From Coniocarpon cinnabarinum (lineage: Eukaryota), in the NCBI GenBank assembly GCA_051942205.1, contig JAVECO010000021.1, positions 62,001 through 126,000 on the forward strand: DNA of 64,000 nucleotides, given 5' to 3'. Made by a program: the position numbers and the translations under genes. The notes beneath the pieces were generated by a model. The model was not told the origin of the DNA and ran no database searches. It worked only from the letters and a program-made list of their open reading frames with translations. Below are positions 35,256 through 46,997 of this stretch, one piece after another. Numbering within the stretch: position 1 is the stretch's first letter; each line of letters starts with the position of its first letter.

Positions 35256-36491
35256 TTATTGCTCCCACTTTTTCTCCTCCATCCCTTCTGGAGGACTGAC
35301 TTCAACTTTCCTCTTACTGACTTCACTCCAGTCCGTGCTTAATGCTGTCCCGCCGCTCTCCTGGTAGCTCTTCATCATCGCCCTTTTGGTATCTGGATCC
35401 GCGCCGGCATACAGTTTCTTGAAGAACGCATTGGCAGGATCACCGCCATCCTCATAATCGTCAAGGTACATGTCGTCTTGATCACCATTCTCCTGTCCTT
35501 CTTCGCCTTGGGCACCGCTTGGCCCTGACTTTTCCGATGGTTTCTGGTACGATTGTGCAATTTGGTCCCAATTCTTGGGCCCGGTACGAGAGGACGTCGG
35601 ATACGAGGGAACAGATGATCCGGGCTTTTCGTTCTGGTATTCGTTACTGACGCCCGGCGCAGTGACCTCAGTGCCCTCCAGAGATGCCCACCTCTGCCCA
35701 ATGACTCCTTTCTTTAGTGTGATTTCGATCTTCGTGGATAAGACCCTGGATCTCGAGCCTTCGGTGTCCACTGAGGCAAAAAGAGGTTCCAGTACAAAAT
35801 CGAACGTGGACTCTGACTGGATAGGATACGAAATTGAAAGAGACTGTGGCTGTATATCTATTGTGGCTTGGTCCTTGGGAACTCCCTTCGCCAGGAGGTT
35901 GATCGTAACGAACTCGCTGTTCTGATACCACTCATGCCGCACCTTCTGCTTAGGGGTCTGTGGTTGAGATGATGGCGTCGGCGTCGCGGAAGCGTTGTTC
36001 GGAAGTGAGGTTATGGCGGTGTATGATTCGGTGCAGGCTGCTTGAGGAGTCGACGGCTTCTCTGACTGCTCGTCCGGTAAATCCTGGATCGTGACTTTAG
36101 CTGCCTCGTCGTTGTCTTCGACCGTCTTGAGCTTCCCGTCGCACTTCGCAATCCAGATGTCTATACTTTTGTCCTTGTTGTCCAACTTCTTAGCTATTTG
36201 CAGACAGAACCTGGCATTGCCAAATTGGCCCGACTGGAAGTATGCAATGCCCCGTCGCGACTGTGCCTGAGCGATCAGCTCACGCTTGGCGCGCTTAGTG
36301 GCAAGCAGCACGGCCTTCTCGGAATCAGCCAATGCAAGATCAGGTTGGGAATTGCGTTGGTAAGCGGTGGAGCGTTTGATATAGTACGCAGGCGATTCAG
36401 GCGAGGATTGAAGGGCCAGTGTGTAATTCTCTACGGCGGCAGAAAAGTCTGATTTGTCTAGTGCGGATTGCCCACGGAAAGCATGGTCCAT
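35256..36491 (-). CDS. SGT1: Sgt1 Hsp90 co-chaperone (TPR-CS-SGS)
   Basis: TPR N-terminus, CS domain RHEWYQ..STKIEITLKK, SGS domain YPTSSRTGPKNWD and FFKKLYAGADPDTKRAMMKSYQESGGTALSTDWSEV. Confidence 0.95.
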   Translation of the reverse strand: MDHAFRGQSALDKSDFSAAVENYTLALQSSPESPAYYIKRSTAYQRNSQPDLALADSEKAVLLATKRAKRELIAQAQSRRGIAYFQSGQFGNARFCLQIAKKLDNKDKSIDIWIAKCDGKLKTVEDNDEAAKVTIQDLPDEQSEKPSTPQAACTESYTAITSLPNNASATPTPSSQPQTPKQKVRHEWYQNSEFVTINLLAKGVPKDQATIDIQPQSLSISYPIQSESTFDFVLEPLFASVDTEGSRSRVLSTKIEITLKKGVIGQRWASLEGTEVTAPGVSNEYQNEKPGSSVPSYPTSSRTGPKNWDQIAQSYQKPSEKSGPSGAQGEEGQENGDQDDMYLDDYEDGGDPANAFFKKLYAGADPDTKRAMMKSYQESGGTALSTDWSEVSKRKVEVSPPEGMEEKKWEQ

Positions 36492-37017
36492 TTCCGGATT
36501 GTCCAGAAAGCCACTTGGTGATAGAGGGTGTGGTGAAGTCGGGCTTGAGATCTCGAGTTTCGGGGACATCCAGTCCTTGGCGACCGATGGCTGGGGGAAC
36601 AAGAATCGGAATGGGTTCCGAAGCTTGCAGTGGAGCGATGCACAAGAAGAGGGCAGGCTACAACGCGCAACAGGCAGGCGTGGCAAGCACCTCATGATAG
36701 CCTGATGTGGTTTGTATTCTGTACATAAGACGAAGTCTTGGCAGTCACTTCCGTCAAGCATTTCAACAGGCGCAAGATTGACAACTGTCCTTTTGCACAT
36801 GAATCACTCTCTTTAACTTACTTGCGTCAGTTCCCATAGAAAGATATTGCTCGCTCAACACTGCGTTACACGAAAGTGGAATCTATTCCTGTCATCCATA
36901 GCCAACTATTGAGGGAAGACGTCTCTTACAATACAATTAGGGTCTAAATTTACCCCCACGGCCTCAAAAAGATGACCTCTGCATGTTGTGACCAAACGTT
37001 CTGCTGACACCTCGGCG

Positions 37018-38667
37018 TCATGTGGAAGGGAACTGTGACTGATTGGAACGAGCCGAGCTGATAACGTGGCCCTCCCGCACACCACGGAGACGTTCCCGTT
37101 TAGCAACGCTCATCATCTTGTCGCTCTGCTTCTCTCCCAGCACGGCCCACCCTTGACGGCCTTTTTGAGTGTCACCTGCAGTCTGGCCCCACATGCTGAC
37201 CTTTTGCACTTTGGCCAGTTTTCGTAAGCCCCAGCGGCAGACGAAGATTCCACAAATGGCACTGAAGACGCTGACCCCAGCAAATGCAAAGTCACTTTCC
37301 TCCCAGAAGTTTTTGAGGTTCATGCCGTAAAGAGCCGCGAAAAAGGTCGCACTGCCCGCGCCGAACGTCAGAATAGTGAACTTCAAGTCGAGCAACATGA
37401 GGACATTTCGATTAGCATCTAGAATGGCTTTTACGATTTCTTCGGTGTTGCGAATGTTGGAGACGAGGTTGCCAGAGACTTGAACGATCTCGTCAGCGAC
37501 CTGATAGTAATTCTCGAGCAGCATTTCCACTTCAGTGTGGTCATCGAGCTCGCGTTCTTTGCCCTGTGCCTTCTCGGAAAGATACATTGCTGCCAGGTCA
37601 TCATCAGCTTCAAGTAAATCATCGATAGCATCGCGGACCAAACGGGCTTTCTGTTCAAAAGAGCTCAGCTTTTTGCTGTAGATAAGCAATTGTCGTAGCT
37701 TATCACGATCTATGTCCTCTTCCAATTCCCGAAGGACTCTAACGATCGGATCTCGGACACCTTCGAACTCGCCTTCCAATCCAGATGTGACCGAGATGAG
37801 AACGGCTTCCAACGCGCGAAACTCATATGGCAGGGCCGCACCGACTGTGGAGGAACCGGGTGTGCGGGTCTCTGGAGTGCGCAGCTTTTCTTCCAGGTCT
37901 GACATGAAAAGGGACTGAATATAAGAGTCCGTGGTGCCATATGCATCAAATACTAATACGCGATTGTGCTTAATGAGCACACGTAAGTGGAGTAGATTGA
38001 CAAGAATAGCAGAAGGTCGTATGAGGATCGTTGGCAGCAGTGACGAATCAATCTTCCTCAAGTCTCGTGGAAGAAGGTCATATTTTGCAATGAGTTCGCC
38101 CTTCTTGAATTCTCCATTTACCAAGGTAACGTGTCCGTTGTCATCGAGTTCTGTGCATCGCATGCGCAGCTCATTCGCTGATCTCATGCGCTTGCCTAGA
38201 GTTGCGTCGTCATCAAGGAACGGCGACAATCCTGCGTTCTCACTCTGCTGGTTTTCGCTAGTCGGGCGCTTTTTCCACGTCCACCAACGCCTCCACGACC
38301 GTCTTTCATTCTTTCCGTCGTACACGGCATGGTCGTGTCTCGCGCGATTGATGCTGAGCGTCTGCCCGGCCCTTTCGGATGCATAGAAGGAGCTTCGTGC
38401 GAAGTTGCCGGGAGGTGCTTCAAAATAATTGCGTTTTGTCGGACGATGCCAGGAAAATACGTTCGATTCGATAAGTTCAAGAGGCGCTGCAGCGAGTGTT
38501 ATTGATCTTGAACACGTTTTGCTGATCCGCTGCCCTCCATTGCATTGTGTGTGGTGCTGTAATGTCGTGTTGGAGGAGAAGAAGGCCCGTCCATCTCTCT
38601 GAGCCCTAAGATACTTGAGTAACGTCACGGACGGCGCTTTGACTTCTGAAGCAATCCCGTGCTTCAT
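37018..38667 (-). CDS. MRS2: Mitochondrial inner-membrane Mg2+ transporter (CorA/Mrs2-Lpe10 family)
   Basis: LLPRDLRKID, LPYEFRALEAVL, LDANRN, YGMN motif and two C-terminal TMs. Confidence 0.93.
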   Translation of the reverse strand: MKHGIASEVKAPSVTLLKYLRAQRDGRAFFSSNTTLQHHTQCNGGQRISKTCSRSITLAAAPLELIESNVFSWHRPTKRNYFEAPPGNFARSSFYASERAGQTLSINRARHDHAVYDGKNERRSWRRWWTWKKRPTSENQQSENAGLSPFLDDDATLGKRMRSANELRMRCTELDDNGHVTLVNGEFKKGELIAKYDLLPRDLRKIDSSLLPTILIRPSAILVNLLHLRVLIKHNRVLVFDAYGTTDSYIQSLFMSDLEEKLRTPETRTPGSSTVGAALPYEFRALEAVLISVTSGLEGEFEGVRDPIVRVLRELEEDIDRDKLRQLLIYSKKLSSFEQKARLVRDAIDDLLEADDDLAAMYLSEKAQGKERELDDHTEVEMLLENYYQVADEIVQVSGNLVSNIRNTEEIVKAILDANRNVLMLLDLKFTILTFGAGSATFFAALYGMNLKNFWEESDFAFAGVSVFSAICGIFVCRWGLRKLAKVQKVSMWGQTAGDTQKGRQGWAVLGEKQSDKMMSVAKRERLRGVREGHVISSARSNQSQFPST

Positions 38668-38999
38668 TACCAAGGATTGCTTTCGGTTCAGTCAATTGCA
38701 TGCTACAGCACTTTTCAACAAGGGATTAGAATACGATCCACAACCTGATCGCATCGCCCTACCTAAGATTAAGAAAGGCGAGAGTCTTGGCGTGCACGGA
38801 CCACAATCGGATGACACACATTCGTTCGCCAGAATCATTGATCTTACCTACCGTCTACATTCTCCAAGATTTCGGTAATAGATAGGACCGAAAGGACATC
38901 AGGTCTGTCTATTCAGATTACATGCAGATCGCTAACAATCACTGACGATGTCTAGCACCGATTGATTTCCATCGCCACTGCCTCTAGAATCTAAGGAAA

Positions 39000-39318
39000 A
39001 TGGGTAAAGTCCACGGGTCTCTTGCTCGTGCTGGCAAGGTCAAATCGCAAACTCCTAAGGTAGAGTCTCATCGTATCATAGAGATGAAGAAGGCATTAGC
39101 ATATCCAGCGTAACTTCGCTGACTGTTACCCTCCCAGGTCGAGCCACAAGAGAAAAAGAAGACACCGAAGGGCCGAGCCAAGAAGAGAATCACTTACACT
39201 CGCCGGTTCGTTAACGTGACCATGACGGGTGGCAAGAGAAAGGTATGAATGCGACTGCGTACAAGTGCTTGAGGGACTATCTGACTTGGCTTAGATGAAT
39301 CCAAACCCAACATCATAA
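39000..39318 (+). CDS. RPS30: 40S ribosomal protein S30 (eS30). Exons 39000-39059, 39138-39242, 39295-39318; probable 5'UTR intron 38875-38955
   Basis: [62 protein letters not shown]. Confidence 0.97.
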
Positions 39319-39997
39319 GCGTTCACAGTGTTGATGAAGGAAGGGCTCGTGGTTTCTCATACCTGGCGACCGTGGGAAAGGAGGATGCTCTAGCTCTCTC
39401 CTGGTGACGAAGGGAGTGCAATGTCTTTATAAAGCATCTAGCTGGCCTAAGGAACCTGTCGCGGTCACTTGATGGGGGCTTGCGGAGGTGTTCGTAGAGA
39501 AGGCGTGTGAGCTGTGTTTTCATTGAGGAAGGCTCTCGGCAAGTCCATCCTGTACTGGCATCAACTCTCGTGAGAGGCACCAACATGTTTAAGGTCGCTC
39601 CGTGGAAGTTTCCACTGAGTATGCGGACTCCAAGGTCAACTTTCGTGCGAAAAATTAATGTTCTCTTTGTGACTTGCTACAAACGCCAGTTCATCCTTGT
39701 CCGATGAACACTAAGCTTACCGAGGATTCGCCGCATATGTTTTGAGGAAGAGAATAAATACATACGTATAGACATTCTCATTTGTGTGTATTGACGACTG
39801 CAGCTCTCTAAAGCATCTGAAGACACTGCACTTGTAGGGTGAGCAGGTCCAACGGCCGAGGATCGTGATGTTCCGAGGTATTCCCGACCTCATTGGTACC
39901 TTGGCACGCTTGGCTTGTTCGTTCAACAGACTCTCGCAGACCCATGCCTCATATCTTTTGAACGATAAGCAAACGAGCCGCACTTAGAAACACAACA

Positions 39998-40602
39998 ATG
40001 TTCGGAATAGTATGCTAAGAAATTGACCTCGAATCTGCCCCTGCCAGCTCACATTCTGCTAGGGACGCAAGACTCGCGACATCATCACTCTATTCCACAA
40101 ACCAAGCTCGCAAGCTTCGACGAGAGTACTCAACCTTCTGAAGCAGACCTCTGCTACTGCCAGCGAAACAGCGACTGAAGACCAGGTCGGGGATCACACC
40201 GAGCAAAACAGGATTCAAAGGATAGAGTTCGATCTCGAAATTACTGAAGCGTCACCAACACAAGATCAACTGAACTCGATCTTGGACTATGCAGCTGGAC
40301 AGCCTCTGTCCAGATTCGTGAAGGGGGCTACATCGAAAGAAGACGCATGGGCGAAACTCAAGCAGAGCGCGGACGCTTTCCAAAGACCTGTGGTATGCTC
40401 CTCGTGTGCGTTGTTTACACCGGGCAGGCATTACTGACCGCTTCTTCCGTGAAGGTGGTAGACTGGAGCAATGGCAAATCAGGTGAGCACAATCCATGGC
40501 CTTGAGATGGTGGAAAGCGCCCGTTGACGTGCTCGTGTAGTTGCTGGGGAGGATGAGACAGCGATCACGCAGATGCTTAATTCCAATAACCCGGACGCAT
40601 AG
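39998..40602 (+). CDS. FMP46: Mitochondrial thioredoxin-like DUF1687 protein (Fmp46 family). Exons 39998-40009, 40063-40392, 40455-40482, 40541-40602
   Basis: MFGI|GRKTRDIITLFHKPSSQASTRVLNLLKQ...FDLEITEASPTQDQLNSILDY...FQRPV|VVDWSNGKS|VAGEDETAI. Absent from the ORF track because of introns. Confidence 0.88.
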
Positions 40603-41341
40603 TGGGTCAAGCTGACGACTGCAAGCAATGGTGATGATCATCAATTGATCATAGGTTCTGTACCACGCTGTCATTCTTTTGATCGACATGCAGAGGCGAA
40701 GTTTGTTCAAGTTTTGTAAGAGTAGACTCAACACAACTGTTGTAAACATTGGCTTAGGAGACTCGCATGCGACATCAGATCCCATCGACACCAGCTCTTA
40801 TGGACATCCGTCGATGTTCGTAGACATTCTGGCCCTCCGTCCGGGCAGCGGGTGGCATGCAGGTCCCTCACGACATCTACAGCAACTGAGTCGGCCGAGG
40901 ACGCGGCGAGAGGTGCTGCCCAGTAGGTTACCGGAGGGAGACCGCTCCTTCTACCTTTCATCCCATTTGTCGTTAGTGTAGCAATGAGCAAACTTCTCAC
41001 CTCTGCCTTCTCCGTTTCACCCCACTTCCAAGTCCGCACTCCAGTTTGAAGGGCTGGTTGGCTTATGACAATCTGCAATTTCTACCCACATGTTTACTTA
41101 GCCGGCCACGTGAGTATCTTCGCACATCCGAGTTGCAGTCATCAACTTTCGCAAACTTTGGGTGCACTACGATCAGTCCGACGGTGTGTTAGGTTTCCTC
41201 TCGAGATCTAATCTGAGAGACTCAGCCGTTGGCGACATCCGCCACCGCCTGCGCTTGAACCCATCCGCTGCTGACGACCAATGTCAGCACTTTGCGGTCT
41301 AACGATACTCAGTCCTTCGATCTAACGTCTGATTGCTCATC

Positions 41342-44300
41342 ATGGGTGACGACCCCGAGAATGCAAACAAGTACATCGCGTTCTTCTCCACAGATGGTGG
41401 CCGCTTCCCACCTCGTAGCGCCCACGCTCAAGACACTTCTCTGGTGGTGCGCTCCAACCCGAAGCGAGATGCAGACAAGCTCATCCGTACTTTGCGCTCC
41501 AAGTGGCCTCATGTCTGTCTCGGCATTTTTGCGCCGTGGAAGGTCTACTGGTTCTTTGACGAATTTGACTTCTGTGTTCAAGGCGGTCGATATCTTTACG
41601 AGGAAGTCTTGATGAGGATTCAGAAAGAGAACGAGGACATGCTCACTCAATTTTGCAAGGAGTGGAGCGATTTCAACTCTGCCAGCTTTCACGCTGTAAA
41701 GGCGGTTCCTGTTACGGGGCTTTTTCACCAGCAGGATCACGAAAGATACGGTGATGGGTTTCTGCAAAAGGCCAAAGAGTGGATGTGTCATGCCTTTGAT
41801 CGAGCCCTACTTCTGGAGCGCCGTGCTTCCACCCACATCAACAGCGAGCCGATTTCCAAGTCAAAAGTCGTGAATTTGAGCTCACAAACATCTTCTCCTT
41901 CAACATCACTCGATACATTTGAGCGACTAAAATCGGCTGCAAGACGCGAACAACACCTTGACACTTCATCGCATCGTGTTCGTGCTGCTGCTGCTGTGCC
42001 TCAACCTGCTTATGGGAGAGTCGGTATGACCGTTGAGTCGCTGCCGTTCATACCTCATCAACATAATATTCAGGCAGTGAACGTCGTTTCCGAGGGCAAT
42101 GTCGCCCCTGTCAATTTTGTAAATGGCGTTACTCAATTTGTGATGCATCCACCTACAGGTCAACCTAATTTGCCCTTTCCTGGTCTTCCAACTTTGCAGC
42201 CTGTCCCAGCTCTCCTTCAGAACGACCAACCGGGTATGCATGGCAACACCGCACTCCTTGTTAATCACCTTGATCTAACGCCAGGCGCTTCAACCCCCGG
42301 ACGTCAACTGTTTGTCTCTCACGCAGCACTTCAGCAAGCAGCACAACTTGGCGATGCTTATGGTGCACCAAACAATACTCCTATGCCTCTTCAGTCGCCT
42401 CACAACGAACCTCAGAGATTCAGCAGTCAACATCGCGGCTCTTTTGGCAAAGCTCGCGGCCGAGCTTTCAAACGTTCAAGCTTTTCCCGACAGTCTTCGA
42501 CAGGCAAAGACAACCGTTATGAGGACGTGTCTTCCTTGACACCTCCAAATGTCCCTCGTGAAAATCGCTTGCGAAGGGGATCCTGGAGGCAGGGTGCTCA
42601 GAATTGCCAGAGCAGCGGTGCATCACAGCTCGCGGCTTCGCGGGAACAGCCCAACGCTGTCTCTGTCTCTGCTCCTGCGGTCCAAGCAAGTCAAGACGGG
42701 GCCTCCGAAGCTGTCGTTCAGGCAACAATGAACCTTTCGACTTCTCCGATCACAATCTCTCACTGCCCGCATTCTGGCGATGAGGCAAGTTCTGTCATGT
42801 CACAAGCTGTAGCCGGAGGTGCGTCCACTTCCTCTATCCCGCAGTCGATGCGCGTTTCTAGGGAGAGTATAGGAGCAGGTGTGACCGACATTACAAGCGC
42901 CTATATCAAAGTACAACAATCAGTCAGTGAGGGGGTTGTGCACCAGATCTTAGAAAAAATCGCGCGCGTTCGATGCGTGAAATCAAAGGTTTCATCTGCA
43001 GGCGTACCGTCATTCTGGGCCGAGTGAGTCAAATTGCATGCTGCTGCTGTGTCTTCTACTAATGTTTAACTTAGCTTTGAATCTACTGACGACGTGCGAA
43101 AAGCTATTTCCTGGGGAGTTGGTCGGAAACACATAAAACCCGAAGTTCCAATGTCGCGGTGGACGGAACGTCCAGGGAATCACAACTCGCCGGCGGTTAG
43201 CCCAACTACATATCGCAATAATTACTCCAGAGACATCCACCCCTCTTTCCGGACTAGGGACTCGCGAATAGCTAGCAAGTCGCAGGAAGCTACAGAATAC
43301 TTCAATGATACCACGAGCATTCGTAACAAGAATTTCTCGCCGCAGGATGTTCGCAGTAGTCTGGACTTGGGAGGCGATCGAAGCCACTCTGCTCAACCGA
43401 AGCAGACGACATGGGCCAGTGTTGCTTCTGGCGCTAAGAGTGCAGATGCTGGCGTGACTTCACTCTCAAATATTGATGAGCATCCAAATGAGCTCATTGA
43501 TGTTCAAGAGGATTCGGCTATACCTCCAGCGGCCAATGACATCCACGAACCTCATGAAGAGTGCGGAAACAACCTGAAGGACGAGAGAAATACGTTAATG
43601 AGCAGCGCTGACTCATCCAGGAACCAACCTACTCGAAACAAATCTGCTGAAGCTGGACGTTATGAACGAGAAGCAAGCGGGAATATCACGCGAGTTGGGT
43701 TGGAACCACTTGACACTGCCATTTCTACACTTCATGTCACTGCCGACGTCAAGGATGGCCGTACACAAGAGTTACAGCGCGAGCATCTTGATCCCGTCAC
43801 GCGAAGTGTTCCAGTAGAGAATCACGAATCGAGAGAACATGCTCATCCAGTTGCTGGGGCCGAAGCAACTGTCAGTGGGAAGAGAAAAGGGAAGGTGAAA
43901 AAGAAGAAAGATTCGCAGCGCGCCTGCTCATCTACCATGGAGCAATGCATACATCCTGACAAGCAATCGGGGCAAAGAGAAGAGCGCGACAAAGGTTTGA
44001 AAGAAGCAAGTACATACATCATCTCCGAAGGTGAATCGACAATCAGACCAGATGAGCATTCGAAGCCACCAAATGATGCAATCGTTGACAATACTTCAAT
44101 AAAAGGCGGCACTTCATTACCTCGGAAATCGGCTGTACAGGGTAGGGGTCTTGTTCCGCTCGCCGAAAACCACGAGGAACCAACTGGATCTGTGGCAGGA
44201 GGTAGTCTCGGCGCAGGACCAAGCGAAAGCGTTGATCGAGTTACACGAAGCCTTGAAGTAAGAAGCAAAGACAAGGCTCAAGAGGAAAGCAGTGAGGCGG

Positions 44301-45955
44301 ATGTCGCAGGGCTGCGCTGTTCTTCGACTGATACTACCTCCACTTCGGCAAAGCCTAGAAGGCGGTCTTCTGGTGGAGTGAATCCTGCTGCTCCTGAGCT
44401 CCGAGCATGGCTTACAGAACATGAAGAGATTCTTGAGCTTTTGCGTAAACTTGAAGGAGTAGACGAGAGCAAGAGAAGCGTATGGCGGCAGAGCGCTGAT
44501 GAATACGGGCGGGCGCTAAAAACAGCTGAAGGCCTCGTCAAAGATATTGATGCAAAGCTTGATGGATCCACCAAAAACACTCTTAAGACCAAACTGCGGA
44601 AGCGACGCAAAACTGCCGTGGAATCCCATCAAAAGCAGTATGACGAGTTGATCATGCTGCTGAACACGGTGCGCAACCGCTTCGAGGCTCAAAAACTCGA
44701 AGTGAAGTCCGCCCCTGTGCGCTACAGCTACACGCAGAACGTCTTGCCCGTGTCTAGTACTCATGCGGCGTACTACAGCAACGAGTCTGGCGACCCTCCA
44801 CAAATGATTAACATTTCTTCTGGGGCGCTATCACTACCTGGCGCTAGATTGTTGCCGGCCGGGCTCGATGAGCGAAAGATGAACTCCCTACTTACGAATG
44901 CTGATTTGGTTGCGGGTAACTTCGGAGTCGAAAAATTGGAAACAAGCAAGCGGAGAAAAGGCAAAGGAAAGCAGGTTAGAGAAACGGGGCAAGTTGACGG
45001 CGCTGAACCGGATTCTTCAGACAACGAGAACACCTCTGTCATCAATCAGATCCTTCGTGTGCACAATACGAATGTGGATGTTGAGCAAGAAACGCGGTCA
45101 GATCCAGCGCAAGATGCCGTTTTTATCGTGTATCCAAACACGCAGTCAGAGAGCGACAAGCAAGGCGCACAGTCCGGGCTAGCGAAAGCTGAAGAAGGCT
45201 CGTCGCTGAGTCCCATTGGGAATAACAGCATTTCAATTACTGACGTGGCTAACAAGTCGGCCACGGAACACTCTTCGAACACAGCTGCGGACTGCAGCGA
45301 CCGCGAAGTTGAGCACAAGCGTGATTCGTCAGTCATCTCAAACGTAGACTCGGATTCTACCTTAAAATCAGAAGACACATTAAAGGACAATGGCGGTCCG
45401 GTGTCAGCTCCCATTGGACTGGGCATCACGCACGAACGAGACGCTTCGTCGCAACTCCCAACTGGGGCGATAAGTGGCGTGCAAATCTCAGAGCCTTTAT
45501 TGTCTGATCCCGAGGCACAGAAGGTAGAGGCTAGCTTATCCATTGGTGGGGGGGCTGAGCCATCTAACACTGGACAGAATCTATCTGGAAAAGAGCCTCT
45601 ACCAACTGAAAATCAACGCCCTCCGTCGGGTCGATTTGATGACGTTAGAGTAGTGATGCCCAAGCAAATGTCTTGGGCCAAGGTTGCAGCCAAATCTTCG
45701 ACCGATTGTCAAACTCCACCAAACACTTCCTTGGTCCCCCCGGCAGCTTATGGCAAGAAGCGACCAGGTGGACCTCCTGGGCCACTGACGGCAGGCGTTG
45801 GCCGTGGCAACGAGCGGAACCGCAGCGTTGATGTCTCTTCTAGCGATGGAGGGCGCAGCTGCAGTGCTCAACGAGATGCCTACCAAGACGATTGGAGCGT
45901 GCCCAAGGGAGACGAGTGGGCCACGAAGGGGTTTCCAGGCAAAAAGCGTGCATGA
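41342..45955 (+). CDS. Large (~1500 aa) mostly disordered protein with an N-terminal globular domain, a degenerate RRM and a coiled-coil patch; intron 43024-43074
   Basis: Two long ORFs are joined by GTGAGT..CTAAT..TTAG, giving RNP1-like SFWADFESTDDVRKAI after AYIKV..SEGVVHQILEKIARV. Start may have additional upstream exons. Confidence 0.7.
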
Positions 45956-46997
45956 CCCTGTGGACGGAGTCTGGGCGTTTTGGGTGAAGGAAATTGTTTC
46001 GATGGGAGGCAACGGGACAGATGTCATTGCATGGGAGCAGACGCATCAGAGCTCTTCCATGTAGCACGCCGCGAGTGAGTCATGGAAATGGTGACGGTCG
46101 AAATAGGGTGTAAACGGAACTGCGTGTAGCAACCGAAAGGGTGACAGATTCGATCCAGTTCGACACGCATGACGTGTGTTGCAAGGAATGTTGCAATCCA
46201 ATGCACGCGCGATATCCTACACATCTAGTTCGTCGTGGATGAATGTCTTGCCTTCGATCATCGACAAGAAGCTCTCACAATGGGGTGCATGAGGCAAAGC
46301 GATGGCACGCGCACCAAGCCTGGATAAACATGTTACGTCTGGCGCTGACGTGACCTTGTTGAGCGACCCAGCGGAGGGAGATGCCAGATGCTGGATCCCC
46401 CCTCAACTTACAAGAATACGCAACCGGAGGCAATTCTTACGGAGCTGGCTTCACTTCCACCCGCCGGAGGAACTGAGTCGGCGGCGCCGCAAGCTTAGAG
46501 ATTGGGCGCTTAGTGCTGTAGTGCCCCAGCCTTGGAGGAGTGTCAAAGGACACGTCGGGGCCGGACGTTTGCAAGCCCACGTGCCACCAAATCGCAACTG
46601 CAAGAGACCCGACCGCCGACGTGTCCATATGTACTCCGTAGGTGCGTAGGTAGGTGCCCGCCGGCTGCCCCCGACCCTGCCGACAGCCGAGCCTCGGTCC
46701 AGCAAGTGGGAAGACGGACGAGAGAGAAGAGAGAGAGAGAGGGAGAAGAAGTGTAGCCAACGTGCCCTCGAAGTATCGTGGTTTCAATCTCGTGCCACAC
46801 GCGGCCACAGATAGCCTAGAAAATCTCAGCCATGCCTCCCGACCCTCGCAGAACTGGCTCGCTTGCCATCTTGCCCGGCATTCGTTTTTCCCTTTGTCGT
46901 GGTCCAGGCTGAAAAGGACACCGTTGCACCTCTGTGCAGGCGAGACTGACCCCATCTGCGCATCCGTGCGAGAAGGCCTTTGACTGCCATCGTCCAC

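Noticed and set aside
36492..36800. N-terminal extension of the SGT1 ORF (514 aa in track)
   Set aside because: The upstream part is not Sgt1-like; the Met at 36491 matches the TPR start, so the extension is likely UTR.
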